From a bacterium (lineage in GTDB: Bacteria > Patescibacteriota > Microgenomatia > Levybacterales > UBA12049): a DNA stretch of 48,910 nt. The notes below the pieces were generated by a model. It had not been told where the DNA came from. It worked only from the letters and a program-made list of their open reading frames with translations, and searched no databases. Location of the stretch: assembly GCA_021785915.1 (NCBI GenBank), contig JAJYEF010000001.1:1-48910 (forward strand). The letters are read 5' to 3'. Within the stretch, counting starts at the first letter, position 1; the number at the start of each line of letters is the position of its first letter. Positions 9,126 to 18,675 of the stretch are shown here, piece by piece. A program made the position numbers and the translations under genes.

Positions 9126-10382
9126 CTAATTTTGCTTTTTTATGACGCTTTTCCCCATATATTTTTGCAAAACCTTCGGAATATTTACACTCCCGTTGCT
9201 GTTTTGGTAATTTTCCAAAATCGCAATTATTGTCCTTCCTATCGCAAAACCGGTACCGTTTAAAATGTTAACGTATTTTTTTTCACCTTCGGCTTGATAT
9301 TTAATGTTAAGCCGCCTGGACTGGTAATCGGTTACGGTTGAAACGCTTGTTACCTCCCGGTATTTATTTTGTCCGGGAAGCCAAGCTTCAAGATCATATT
9401 TTCTCGCCGCAGGAAAACCAAGGTCGCCGGTGCACATTTTTACGACCTGATACGGAATTTCCAAAGCGTCAAACAGTTTTTTCTCCAACGACAAAAGGTA
9501 TTCATGCTCCTTGTCGTCCTCGCCTTCCTTAACCAAGGAAACCATCTCAACTTTATCGAACTGATGGACCCTTAAAATTCCCCTCGTATCCTTTCCATAA
9601 CTTCCCGCTTCGCGCCTGAACGCTGTCGAAAAACCCACGTATCTTTTGGGTAAATCTTTAGCGTTAAAAAACTCGTCTTTATGCATTGCAACCAAAGCGT
9701 GTTCGGCGGTCCCTATCAGGACGAAATCGTCTTTCGGGAGTTGGAACATATCTTCGTCGCCACCGTTTTCCATATATCCCAAGCCCTTCATAACTCCTGT
9801 CTTAATTAAAACCGGCGGGATAACCGGTATAAAACCTTCCTTCATCAACGTCTCTAAGGCAAAATTTACAAGAGCAAATTCCAAAAGTACGGCGTCGCCC
9901 CGAAGGTAGGTAAACCTCGCACCCGAGACTTTGGATGCGCTCTGCATATCGATAATCCCTAAGCTTTGTCCGAGCTCAAGATGGTCTTTTGGAGTAAAAT
10001 CAAACCTGTGAGGTTTTCCGACAGTTTCTATTACGTCATTTTCGGTATCATTTTTGCCAATTTTAACATCGTTCTTGGCAGGATTTGGGATTTGGAATAA
10101 AAGATTTGTAAGCTCTTCCGACACTGCTAAAAGAGCTTTCTCTTCCTTTTCGAGATTTTCTTTAACTTTCCTGCCTTTTTCAATCTGTTCTTTTGTCGGT
10201 TTACCTTTAATGCCGCTTGCCAATGAATTCCTTTCTTCCCTAAGCTTTTGGACTATCGATTCAAGTCCCCTGACTTTACTGTCTATTTCCAAGATGCGCT
10301 CTAGATTAACTTCCACACCTTTATCCTTTGCGGCTTTTTGGATTTTTTCGGGATTTTGTCTAATTAACTTGATATCGAGCAT
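9126..10382 (-). CDS. serS: Seryl-tRNA synthetase
   Basis: 418 aa. N-terminal coiled-coil arm and class II core (FSTAFRREAGSYGKDTRGILRVHQFDKVE, GTGFAIGRTI). Confidence 0.95.
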   Translation of the reverse strand: MLDIKLIRQNPEKIQKAAKDKGVEVNLERILEIDSKVRGLESIVQKLREERNSLASGIKGKPTKEQIEKGRKVKENLEKEEKALLAVSEELTNLLFQIPNPAKNDVKIGKNDTENDVIETVGKPHRFDFTPKDHLELGQSLGIIDMQSASKVSGARFTYLRGDAVLLEFALVNFALETLMKEGFIPVIPPVLIKTGVMKGLGYMENGGDEDMFQLPKDDFVLIGTAEHALVAMHKDEFFNAKDLPKRYVGFSTAFRREAGSYGKDTRGILRVHQFDKVEMVSLVKEGEDDKEHEYLLSLEKKLFDALEIPYQVVKMCTGDLGFPAARKYDLEAWLPGQNKYREVTSVSTVTDYQSRRLNIKYQAEGEKKYVNILNGTGFAIGRTIIAILENYQNSNGSVNIPKVLQKYMGKSVIKKQN

Positions 10383-10389
10383 AAGGCGA

Positions 10390-10950
10390 TTATAGCATTT
10401 TTTTATTTTTGCTTTCCAAAAACTCCTTTAATTTATCAAGCGCCTTTCTTCTGTGAGATACTCCGTTTTTTTCATGCGGTCTCATTTCTCCGAACGTTCT
10501 CTTATCGCCATGAGGAATTATAATCGGATCAAAACCCCAACCGTTCTTTCCTTTCTCTTTATATGCTAATTTTCCTTCGGCGATCCCTACAAACGTATGA
10601 ACTTTTTTTCCGTCATGGTAGGAAACGGCACTTTTAACAATTACTTTCCTGTTTTTTTCCTTTTCCAAAAGCTTTAAAATATTTTTATTGCCCAGCGTCT
10701 CTAAAATATATTTTGCAAAAGGCCCGGGGAAACCGTTCCACGCATCAATAAAGACTCCTACGTCATCCGTTATTACCGGTTTTTTGAGGATTTTGAATGC
10801 TTCTTCCGTTTTTCTTTTTGATACATACGAAATATCCATGCTTTGCACTTCATCAAGTTCCAGTTCCACAAAGTCCAGGGGGGTTTTTAGTATATCCGAC
10901 ATTTCCTGTTTTTTCCCGATATTTGTAGTTGCAACTAGAATTTTTTTCAT
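10390..10950 (-). CDS. Non-canonical purine NTP pyrophosphatase (HAM1/RdgB family)
   Basis: MKKILVATTNIGKKQE..., FPGPFAKY, SHRRKAL. Start moved to the internal ATG at 10948-10950 (MKKIL). Confidence 0.85.
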   Translation of the reverse strand: MKKILVATTNIGKKQEMSDILKTPLDFVELELDEVQSMDISYVSKRKTEEAFKILKKPVITDDVGVFIDAWNGFPGPFAKYILETLGNKNILKLLEKEKNRKVIVKSAVSYHDGKKVHTFVGIAEGKLAYKEKGKNGWGFDPIIIPHGDKRTFGEMRPHEKNGVSHRRKALDKLKEFLESKNKKML

Positions 10951-11182
10951 TCCCAAAAAGTATACCACTTGTAAATTAGCATTGCTTATATATAATAGTA
11001 TGATCCTATGGCAGGACCCGAGTTAAAACCATCGGCTAAAGGCATTTTTGAACAACTAGGTCAAAGTCCTGATGTTCCCCGTATTATTGATACCGGTTCG
11101 AATAATCCACAAGATTATGAGGGGAGAAACAATAAACCACCATTTATAGACGTCCGAAGAAGACGAAACAGAATGTCAATTT

Positions 11183-12703
11183 CTAAGCTTTTGAAGCATC
11201 GCTAAACCTTTGTACCACGAATTTTTTGTCTAATGATAAAATAAGCCAGGCGGCTTTAGGTCCGTGGTCTTTTCCTAAAAGCGAAATATAAATTGCGGCA
11301 AAAGTCTCTTTTCCGCCCAGGCCCAGCTCTTTACCTAATTCATATATTCTAGTTTGAAGATCTTCGCCCGTCCAAGTTTCCCCGAGTTCCTTCAAAATTT
11401 TTTCAAGCAAATGCCTTTGTATACTGGATAGTTTTTTTACTTCTGAGGGTAACTCTTGTTGGATCGTAAATTTATCCTCTTCCGACGCAAATCTATCAAC
11501 CCAAACTTTTGCGTATTCTGCCCAAGTCCCTAGTCCCTCTTTTTTTATCTCCTCCTCCATATCGGGCATTTGGACCCATTGTGCAAGGACCGAAAATCTA
11601 ACTTTGGGCGGCTTTTCGATTTTTCCAACCTGCGAAAGCTCGAAACTTCTTGCCAAATCCTTGTCGCCATCTTCAAAATATGCATCCGCTGCTTTTTGAT
11701 AATCGTCAAAAAGAACAGGTATTGCATTTGTTCCCTCCGGATCAAAATTTGTCTGCGACTTAATTCCGTTTCTTGCAAATAGATACCGTCCGACACTTGG
11801 AGGCAAAATCGAAACCAAATCATGGGCTTTCAAACCAAGACCTTTGGATGAGGACATTTTCTTTCCGCCAATTAGTACAAATTCATAAGGAAGTTTAAAG
11901 GGAGGGTCATAATTGAATATTTCTTTGCAGATAGTCATCGCAATATCGTACGACCCTCCGGCAGACGCGTGGTCTTTGCCGGCACCTTCAACGGTTACGC
12001 CGATTACTTTCCAGTGCGCCGCCCAATCAACTTTCCATGGCAGTTTGCCGGTTCCGCCGAATGGAGAAATTTTTCCCTCATGTCCGCAGCCTTTTGCCCA
12101 TGTCACAAGGCTTGGTTCACACTTATAGGAGACCTTTTCTCCGTCCCAGGCAAAAACTTTGGTAGTCCCGAGTTTTCCGCATTTTTCGCAGATCACCTGA
12201 AACGGAAGCCAGCCGGCCTCCTTTTTTCTACTCCCGGAAACTCTTTGATATATATCCTGAATCTTCTCGGCGCCGTCCAGAGCCTGTCTTATGACTTCGT
12301 CAAATTTACCCTTATGGTAAAGTTCCCACGAGGATAGAATTTCTGCTTCTACCCCTAGATTTTTTATGGCGTTTACGAAATCGCTCCCGAACAAATCTGC
12401 CATACTTTTAAATTTAGGGTCCGGGGATTTTGCCAGTTTTAAAGGTTTTCCCAATTCGCTTTCGAAACTGCCGCGTATTTCGGGCAGTAAATCGTCCGCG
12501 GGATCAAAATCGTTTATAACAAAAGTGTAATTTGCCTTCTGGCCTGAGTCTTTCAGGCTTCTGTAGATCATGCTGTGGATTACCGGCCCCATCAACGAGC
12601 CTACATGAGAAAAACCGGAAGGAGTTTTCATATCGTCAACCCAGTAGGGTTTGTATTTTTTGGAATTTATTATGTCGCTTGCTACTTTATCGGCCCAAAA
12701 CAT
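11183..12703 (-). CDS. lysS: Lysyl-tRNA synthetase, class I type
   Basis: 506 aa. HVGSLMG (HIGH-like) and KMSSSKG (KMSKS-like) motifs. Zinc-type Cys cluster VICEKCGK...YKCEP...GCGHEG typical of class I LysRS. Confidence 0.88.
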   Translation of the reverse strand: MFWADKVASDIINSKKYKPYWVDDMKTPSGFSHVGSLMGPVIHSMIYRSLKDSGQKANYTFVINDFDPADDLLPEIRGSFESELGKPLKLAKSPDPKFKSMADLFGSDFVNAIKNLGVEAEILSSWELYHKGKFDEVIRQALDGAEKIQDIYQRVSGSRKKEAGWLPFQVICEKCGKLGTTKVFAWDGEKVSYKCEPSLVTWAKGCGHEGKISPFGGTGKLPWKVDWAAHWKVIGVTVEGAGKDHASAGGSYDIAMTICKEIFNYDPPFKLPYEFVLIGGKKMSSSKGLGLKAHDLVSILPPSVGRYLFARNGIKSQTNFDPEGTNAIPVLFDDYQKAADAYFEDGDKDLARSFELSQVGKIEKPPKVRFSVLAQWVQMPDMEEEIKKEGLGTWAEYAKVWVDRFASEEDKFTIQQELPSEVKKLSSIQRHLLEKILKELGETWTGEDLQTRIYELGKELGLGGKETFAAIYISLLGKDHGPKAAWLILSLDKKFVVQRFSDASKA

Positions 12704-12741
12704 ATGCTAATTATACAGTTTTTAGGATAAAATTGAAGAAG

Positions 12742-13941
12742 CTACTTGATTACGCCCAACTGCCTGCCGATTTTTTCGAATGCTTTTATTCCCACATCCA
12801 GATCTTTCCTGCTTTGTGAAGCCGAGGGAATAACCCTTATTCTTGCCGCTCCTTTTGCAACCATCGGAAAAACAATCGGCGTTGCAAAAACTCCTTCGTC
12901 AAAAAGTCTGGTGCTGAACTCCTTGGCCACTTCGTCACTTCCGAGCATTACGGGAGTAATTGGCGTCTGCGAATTTCCCGTGTCAAATCCAAGTTTTTTG
13001 AATTCATTCCTTACATAGTTGACGTTTTCCCAAAGTTTTTTTACAGCCGCATCGGACTTCTGTAAAATTCTAATCGCCTCCAAAGACGCTGCCGTATCGG
13101 GAATTGTAGGGGCGATAGAAAAAAGCCTTTGCCTTGCCTTTAAATTATAGTATCCGATCAAAGTCCTATTTCCCGCAATGAATCCGCCTATAACCGAAAA
13201 TGCCTTGGAAAGACTACCTATTTCTATATCGATTTTCCCGACCAAACCGTAATGGTCGACAACTCCCCTTCCGCCTTTTCCCAAAACCCCTTCACCGTGC
13301 GCATCATCAACCATCGTAAGGGCTTTATATTTCTCCGCAAGCCTTACAATCCCGGGAAGAGGAGCCAAATCCCCGTCCATCGAAAAAACCCCATCCGTAA
13401 CTATCAAAATAAGCGGTTCCTCGCCGTCCGATTTCGGAGCTTTTTGGACCTTTTGGGCTTCTTTTAATTTTTCTTCCAAATCACTTGTGTCGGCGTGCTT
13501 ATATATAAACTTATTTTTGACACCCGAGAGTCTTACCGCGTCAATTATTGAAGCATGGTTTAATTCGTCCGAAATGACGATATCTTCCTTTCCGATAATT
13601 GTCTGTATTGCGGCAGCGTTTGCCATATAAGCGCTTGAGAATACAACAGACGCCTCCGTTCCCTTAAATTTGGCTATTGCTTCTTCAAGTTCGAGGTGAA
13701 GAGTGTGTGTGCCCGCCAAAGTCCTGTAGCCTGTTCCTACTCCGTACTTTTCTACCGCCTTTTTAACCGCCGTCTTAAGTCTCTGGTCTTCCGCAAAACC
13801 CAGGTAGTGGCTTGAACAAAAATTAAGTTTTTTCTTGCCATTTATAGTAAGATAAGCTCCCTGCCCGGATTCTATTACATAAGGGGCTTTCCCCGTTCTT
13901 ACGACATCTTCCAGCTTTTTATAAAAATCGTTTTTACTCAT
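12742..13941 (-). CDS. kbl: 2-amino-3-ketobutyrate CoA ligase (glycine C-acetyltransferase)
   Basis: Alpha-oxoamine synthase family: DDAHGEGVLG and PLP lysine motif GSLSKAF. The ATG at 13939-13941 overlaps the tdh stop (TAATG). Confidence 0.85.
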   Translation of the reverse strand: MSKNDFYKKLEDVVRTGKAPYVIESGQGAYLTINGKKKLNFCSSHYLGFAEDQRLKTAVKKAVEKYGVGTGYRTLAGTHTLHLELEEAIAKFKGTEASVVFSSAYMANAAAIQTIIGKEDIVISDELNHASIIDAVRLSGVKNKFIYKHADTSDLEEKLKEAQKVQKAPKSDGEEPLILIVTDGVFSMDGDLAPLPGIVRLAEKYKALTMVDDAHGEGVLGKGGRGVVDHYGLVGKIDIEIGSLSKAFSVIGGFIAGNRTLIGYYNLKARQRLFSIAPTIPDTAASLEAIRILQKSDAAVKKLWENVNYVRNEFKKLGFDTGNSQTPITPVMLGSDEVAKEFSTRLFDEGVFATPIVFPMVAKGAARIRVIPSASQSRKDLDVGIKAFEKIGRQLGVIK

Positions 13942-14978
13942 TATGGAACTAATAATACCTTGCCGCATTCTCCAGATTTCATAACTTCCATTGCTTTTTC
14001 AAAATCCTTCATTGCAAATCTATGGGTTATGATTTTGGTAAGATCGACTTTTCCCGATTTTAGCAAATCCGAAACGGTAATCCAAGTGTCCCAGATTCTT
14101 CTTCCGAAAACCCCTTTCACGGTCAATTCCTTGTCGATAAAATACTTCCCGAAGTTAAGAGTTATATCATCCTTAGGAATGCCGAAAATTATGACAGTTG
14201 CCGATATTCTGGCCGCTTCAAAACCGATTTGGATCGCTGTTTCGTTGCCCGACATTTCAAGCACTACGTCCATCTTGTCAAAATATTTCTGAGGAAGTTT
14301 GTCATATACTTCATCGGCACCCATAATCTTACCCAAATTTCTTCTGTACGCGCCCCTGTTTACGGCAATTACTTTTTTGGCACCTAACGCTTTAGCAGCG
14401 GCTACAGCACAAAGCCCGGTAGGGCCCAAGCCCATAACCAGAACTTCCTTATCTTTAACCCCTGCCGTTGTAACTACGTGGACCGCGTTACCAAGTGGTT
14501 CCTGCGAACTCATCGCCTCAATGGGGATTGCTTTGTCGTTTTTCCAGGAAGTCCTTATGGGGATTGTCGCATACTCGGCAAATCCGCCGTTTCTGCCGAT
14601 TCCAAAAAGCTCTACATTTTCACAGATATGTTTATTGCCGATTTTACACTGATAACAATGCCCGCAAAAAATGTGGGTTTCGGACGAAACCAAATCTCCC
14701 GGTTTTAAATTTTGAGGATTATCGCCGTTTATCTTAATAACTTCTCCCACAACTTCGTGGCCGATTACAATCGGGGGTTTTATATGGCTTTCTGCCCATG
14801 AGTTCCAGTTATAAATATTTATATCAGTTCCGCAGATGGAAGCAAGTTTAACTTTTACCAATAATTCGCCTTTTTTAGGGGTCGGGACAGGGATTTCTTT
14901 TATAGAAACTCCTTCGTTGGGAGAATCCTTAACAACGGCAAGCATTGACTTTGACATAAGCTGGGATTTTATACTCAA
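13941..14978 (-). CDS. tdh: L-threonine 3-dehydrogenase (Zn-dependent MDR family)
   Basis: 345 aa. CGTD, GHEVVGEV, structural-Zn Cys cluster CGHCYQCKIGNKHIC, Rossmann motif GLGPTG. Translationally coupled to kbl. Confidence 0.82.
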   Translation of the reverse strand: MSIKSQLMSKSMLAVVKDSPNEGVSIKEIPVPTPKKGELLVKVKLASICGTDINIYNWNSWAESHIKPPIVIGHEVVGEVIKINGDNPQNLKPGDLVSSETHIFCGHCYQCKIGNKHICENVELFGIGRNGGFAEYATIPIRTSWKNDKAIPIEAMSSQEPLGNAVHVVTTAGVKDKEVLVMGLGPTGLCAVAAAKALGAKKVIAVNRGAYRRNLGKIMGADEVYDKLPQKYFDKMDVVLEMSGNETAIQIGFEAARISATVIIFGIPKDDITLNFGKYFIDKELTVKGVFGRRIWDTWITVSDLLKSGKVDLTKIITHRFAMKDFEKAMEVMKSGECGKVLLVP

Positions 14979-14986
14979 GCACTATT

Positions 14987-15457
14987 TTAGCTTACGGAAG
15001 CGATTGTGTAAACAACTATTCCTGCGGGGGCTTCGACCTCTACTTTTTCTCCGACTTTTTTGCCGATCAATGCTTTACCAAGAGGAGATTCATGGGATAT
15101 TTTTTTCTCTCCCGGATCTGCTTCCCATTCCCCGACCACGGTGAAGACTTCTTTCTTCCCTTTTATATTTACAGTCACCGTCGAACCCAGTTTTACCGTT
15201 TGGCTTGATTTGCTGCGGCTTTCCTGGATTAATACCGCCTGTTTTATCAATTCTTCAAGCTCATCGATCCTGCCGTCTATAAAAGACAACTCTTCTCTGG
15301 CTGCGACATACTCGGCGTTCTCGGACAAATCGCCCATAGACCTTGCCTGAGAAACCCTTTCGAGTACGTCAGGCCTTTTGATTTTGCTGAGCTCTTCATA
15401 TTCTTTTTTAAGCTCCCCTAAGCCGTCTTTTGTCAAATAAATTGTTTTTGAATCCAT
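14987..15457 (-). CDS. greA: Transcription elongation factor GreA
   Basis: GDLSENAEYVAAREE coiled-coil tip motif and C-terminal FKBP-like domain. Start placed at the ATG at 15455-15457 (MDSKT); the track ORF begins at an upstream GTG. Confidence 0.9.
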   Translation of the reverse strand: MDSKTIYLTKDGLGELKKEYEELSKIKRPDVLERVSQARSMGDLSENAEYVAAREELSFIDGRIDELEELIKQAVLIQESRSKSSQTVKLGSTVTVNIKGKKEVFTVVGEWEADPGEKKISHESPLGKALIGKKVGEKVEVEAPAGIVVYTIASVS

Positions 15458-15535
15458 AAACTTATACCTATTTAAAACAAAATCCCTCACAGCTTCGGAC
15501 TAGAGGGAATAATGTAATAACTTCTTAGTTAAAGC

Positions 15536-15564
15536 ATGATATAGTAAACATAGGCTTTTGTCAA
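15536..15564 (-). promoter_or_regulatory. Putative sigma70-type promoter for greA
   Basis: On the minus strand: TTGACA (15559-15564), 17-nt spacer, TATCAT (15536-15541). Confidence 0.35.
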
Positions 15565-15629
15565 TGACCTCTAGTATACTTTTTGAGGCTAAAATTTGTT
15601 AAAAAAGACGATTTTAGCCAATACTGTCC

Positions 15630-17180
15630 TCACTTGGAAACCTGTTGCAAAATAGGAGAAACTGCTTCAATAAACGTTTGCGTCGCGTCGGGTGCAGTGC
15701 CTTGGGTCAAAATCGTGTTTATAGCGGTTCCGAGATAACCGTCCAACTGCTGATTAATCCCGTTATCGTCGGTCGAGCTCACGAAATAGGATGATTGTGC
15801 ATACGGAGCCTGGGCAACAAAAGTATAGGCGTTGGGATTTGACTTCAGATTGTCTGCCAAATCAACCCTTGCGTATGGTTCTCCGAAATCCCTTATTTTT
15901 GCCTCATCCTGGTAAAGTTCTACTTGCGTTTCCTTTTGCGCCAAAAACTTCATAAACATTAAGGCTTCTTTTTGATATTTGCTTTTTTGCGAAACACCCT
16001 CTACCCAATAACTTGCCAAGGTGACATTTTCGCCCGGAAGCTGTGGAACCGGGACAACCTGGAAAGAAAGATTGGGATTATACTGTTTTATAGTGTAATA
16101 ATCCTGCGAATAGCCAAAATACATACCAAGTTTTCCTTTGGAGAACGCCAGAGTCGAAGGATCCAAAGTTCCGTCCCATATGCTAGTTTTAGGGTCCGAA
16201 GTAAACGAAGTATAAAAATTAAAAGCATCCTGCACCTGACTGGAGTATGCCTGAATGTTACTAAAATCCACCCCGCTCTGAAGCATAAGTAAAGATAAAA
16301 TATCGGCCGCATGGTCTACATTGTCATAAGTTCCCATCGCCGCTCCGGCAGTTAAAATTTTTCCGTTCTGATCTTTTACGGTCATTGCAGTTGCGTCATT
16401 TCTAAACTGGTCCCATGTTACAGGAGTTTGCAACCCAGCCGCCTGGAAAAGTGTATTATTTATAAAAAGCGATAACGTGTCTACTTCAAGCGGAATGCCG
16501 TAAATCGCACCGTTATTAATCAAATCTTTCTGCATAACCGGATAATAAATCAGTTTAAATTCATCCGGCGTAATAACATCGCTTGGAAGAGGTAGTAACT
16601 CCGACGAAAGCATAGGATACCAAGTGTTATGGAATCTGAATATGTCTGGTCCCGTACCGTTGTCAATCCTCGTAACCAGCCTTTCTCTATATTGATTTAT
16701 ATCCTGTTTAACGTAATTAATTTTTATGCCGGGGTTTTGTTTTTCAAACTGGTTGATTATTCCCTGCATGGTGCTGCTTTCTTCAAAAAGCCCCCAATAT
16801 GTTAATGTAACTGCCCCACCCGAAGAATTCGAGCTATTGCCGGAACTATTGCTCAATACGAAAATTGCTCCAAGAGCCAATATTAAAATAAAAGCTACTA
16901 CTATAAAAACGGACAAAAAAATACTGACTATCTTTTTTCCAGAAGAACCGCCACCTTTTTTTTGCTTAGGCTGGGGGTAAAAATCCGTCAGAGGAGAATT
17001 TTGGTAAACTTGCTGACCGCTTGGAGGCGGATAATTGCCCTGTTGTTGTGGTTGCGCCTGAAAAAGAGGGGCGGTTCTTTCTTCCTGAGGCTGATTTGCA
17101 ACTGAGTAAAGCGGGTCTTCAACCTTTTGGGCAGGTTGGGGAGGGACTTGCGGATTTTGAAAGATTGTTTTATTTTCCAT
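15630..17180 (-). CDS. Membrane-anchored extracellular solute-binding protein (ABC sugar-type SBP family 1)
   Basis: 516 aa. P/Q-rich N-terminal ~85 aa, one TM helix (IVSIFLSVFIVVAFILILALGAIFVL), S/N/G linker, then an SBP-like domain (LTYWGLFE...INYV...DIFRFHNTW). Confidence 0.65.
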   Translation of the reverse strand: MENKTIFQNPQVPPQPAQKVEDPLYSVANQPQEERTAPLFQAQPQQQGNYPPPSGQQVYQNSPLTDFYPQPKQKKGGGSSGKKIVSIFLSVFIVVAFILILALGAIFVLSNSSGNSSNSSGGAVTLTYWGLFEESSTMQGIINQFEKQNPGIKINYVKQDINQYRERLVTRIDNGTGPDIFRFHNTWYPMLSSELLPLPSDVITPDEFKLIYYPVMQKDLINNGAIYGIPLEVDTLSLFINNTLFQAAGLQTPVTWDQFRNDATAMTVKDQNGKILTAGAAMGTYDNVDHAADILSLLMLQSGVDFSNIQAYSSQVQDAFNFYTSFTSDPKTSIWDGTLDPSTLAFSKGKLGMYFGYSQDYYTIKQYNPNLSFQVVPVPQLPGENVTLASYWVEGVSQKSKYQKEALMFMKFLAQKETQVELYQDEAKIRDFGEPYARVDLADNLKSNPNAYTFVAQAPYAQSSYFVSSTDDNGINQQLDGYLGTAINTILTQGTAPDATQTFIEAVSPILQQVSK

Positions 17181-17221
17181 GGGTCAGTTTATAGTATAAT
17201 ACGAATTATAAAGCATATTCA

Positions 17222-18661
17222 ATGAAGGAGCGTTTTCCTAAAATTAGCTTTAAGCTAAATCCCAAACAAAAAAAACAACTGCTCAGTGCCTCAAAAACAA
17301 TCTTCTGGTTTTTAACGGGTGCTTTTCTCACGTTGCTTTTTATAATAAGCATCGGCTTTCTTCTGTACAAAACCTATTATAGTAATAAAGTATATTTAGG
17401 TGTTTATGTCAATAATATCGACTTCGGAGGAAAAACAAAACAATTCGTTGACAATTATTTTGCAAATAAGAATGGCCAGATCGGGAACACGGAAATCACT
17501 CTAAAAAGCGATTACGGCATTGCAACATTCTCGGCGAAAGACATTAATTTTGGCTTTGATAAACACCTATCTTCCGAACAAGCATATGTAATAGGAAGGT
17601 CCGGGAATTTCTTGTCAGACCTCAGCATAATACTCCAGGCATATCTTGTGGGCATAAAACTTCCGGTATCTTACACTTTGGACCAGCAAGAGCTGTCTTC
17701 GGAGCTTAACGCTGTTTCACAAAAGTTAGATAAGCAGCCGGTAGACGCATTATTTAAATTCAACAACAACAGGGTTACCGCATTCAAACCATCTGAGAAC
17801 GGACAAGCGATTGACTACGATGCTCTAACTAACATGCTTTTGTCTAAAGCTCTTTCAATTACCGCGCAGAAAACAGGCAATTTGACTATAAATATTCCTA
17901 TAAAAATATTGGAGCCGGAGATAACAACGGCAAGCGTAAATAATATGGGCATTAAAGAGTTGATAGGACAAGGGCACTCGCTTTTTTACGGGTCGGCAGC
18001 TTCAAGGGTTTATAACATAAACTTGGCCGCAACAAGGTTAAACGGAATACTTGTTAAACCCGGGGAAACTTTCTCTTTTGACAACGCTTTAGGAGACGTG
18101 TCATCCTTTACGGGATATCAGCAAGCTTATATCATACAAAACGGAAGGACGGTTTTAGGCGACGGAGGTGGAGTATGTCAGGTATCGACTACCTTCTTCC
18201 GTGCGATACTTAATGCCGGGCTTCCCGTTGTCGAGAGGCATGCTCACGCATATAGAGTCGGATACTATGAAGAGGATTCCCCTCCGGGAATCGACGCGAC
18301 AATTTATGTTCCGACCGTTGACTTAAAATTTAAAAATGATACAGGACACTACATCCTGATAGAAAGTGAGGTCGATCTTAACAATGATTCTCTTGCATTT
18401 TATCTTTATGGGACAAGCGACGGACGCGAAGTTACTATGACTAAGCCCGTCGTCTCAGACCTAACCCCTCCTCCACCTCCACTTTATCAAGACGACCCTA
18501 CTCTTCCAAAAGGCGTAGTAAAACAAACAGATTTTGCCGCATGGGGGGCACACGTATATTTTACGAGAACAGTTACAAGAAACGGAAAAACCATAATTTC
18601 GGATAAATTCGTTTCTAATTATCAACCCTGGCAAGCAGTATATATGGTAGGTACAAAATAA
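17222..18661 (+). CDS. VanW family protein
   Basis: 479 aa. N-terminal TM anchor and VanW core GGGVCQVSTTFFRAILNAGLPVVERHAHAYRVGYY. Confidence 0.8.
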   Translation: MKERFPKISFKLNPKQKKQLLSASKTIFWFLTGAFLTLLFIISIGFLLYKTYYSNKVYLGVYVNNIDFGGKTKQFVDNYFANKNGQIGNTEITLKSDYGIATFSAKDINFGFDKHLSSEQAYVIGRSGNFLSDLSIILQAYLVGIKLPVSYTLDQQELSSELNAVSQKLDKQPVDALFKFNNNRVTAFKPSENGQAIDYDALTNMLLSKALSITAQKTGNLTINIPIKILEPEITTASVNNMGIKELIGQGHSLFYGSAASRVYNINLAATRLNGILVKPGETFSFDNALGDVSSFTGYQQAYIIQNGRTVLGDGGGVCQVSTTFFRAILNAGLPVVERHAHAYRVGYYEEDSPPGIDATIYVPTVDLKFKNDTGHYILIESEVDLNNDSLAFYLYGTSDGREVTMTKPVVSDLTPPPPPLYQDDPTLPKGVVKQTDFAAWGAHVYFTRTVTRNGKTIISDKFVSNYQPWQAVYMVGTK

Positions 18662-18675
18662 TAATTGATAAAAGT

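Noticed and set aside
11008-11205. 65-aa plus-strand ORF (MAGPELKPSAKG...RRRRNRMSISKLLKHR) in the lysS-rdgB gap, with a TATAAT-like box upstream.
   Set aside because: It has no SD, no recognisable family, and its 3' end overlaps lysS on the opposite strand. The gap more likely holds the promoter of the HAM1/RdgB gene. It cannot be supported from sequence alone.
15587-15619. 9-bp stem hairpin (ggctaaaat ... attttagcc) downstream of the solute-binding protein gene.
   Set aside because: It has a 15-nt loop, an AT-rich stem and no U tract on either strand, so it cannot be called a terminator with confidence.
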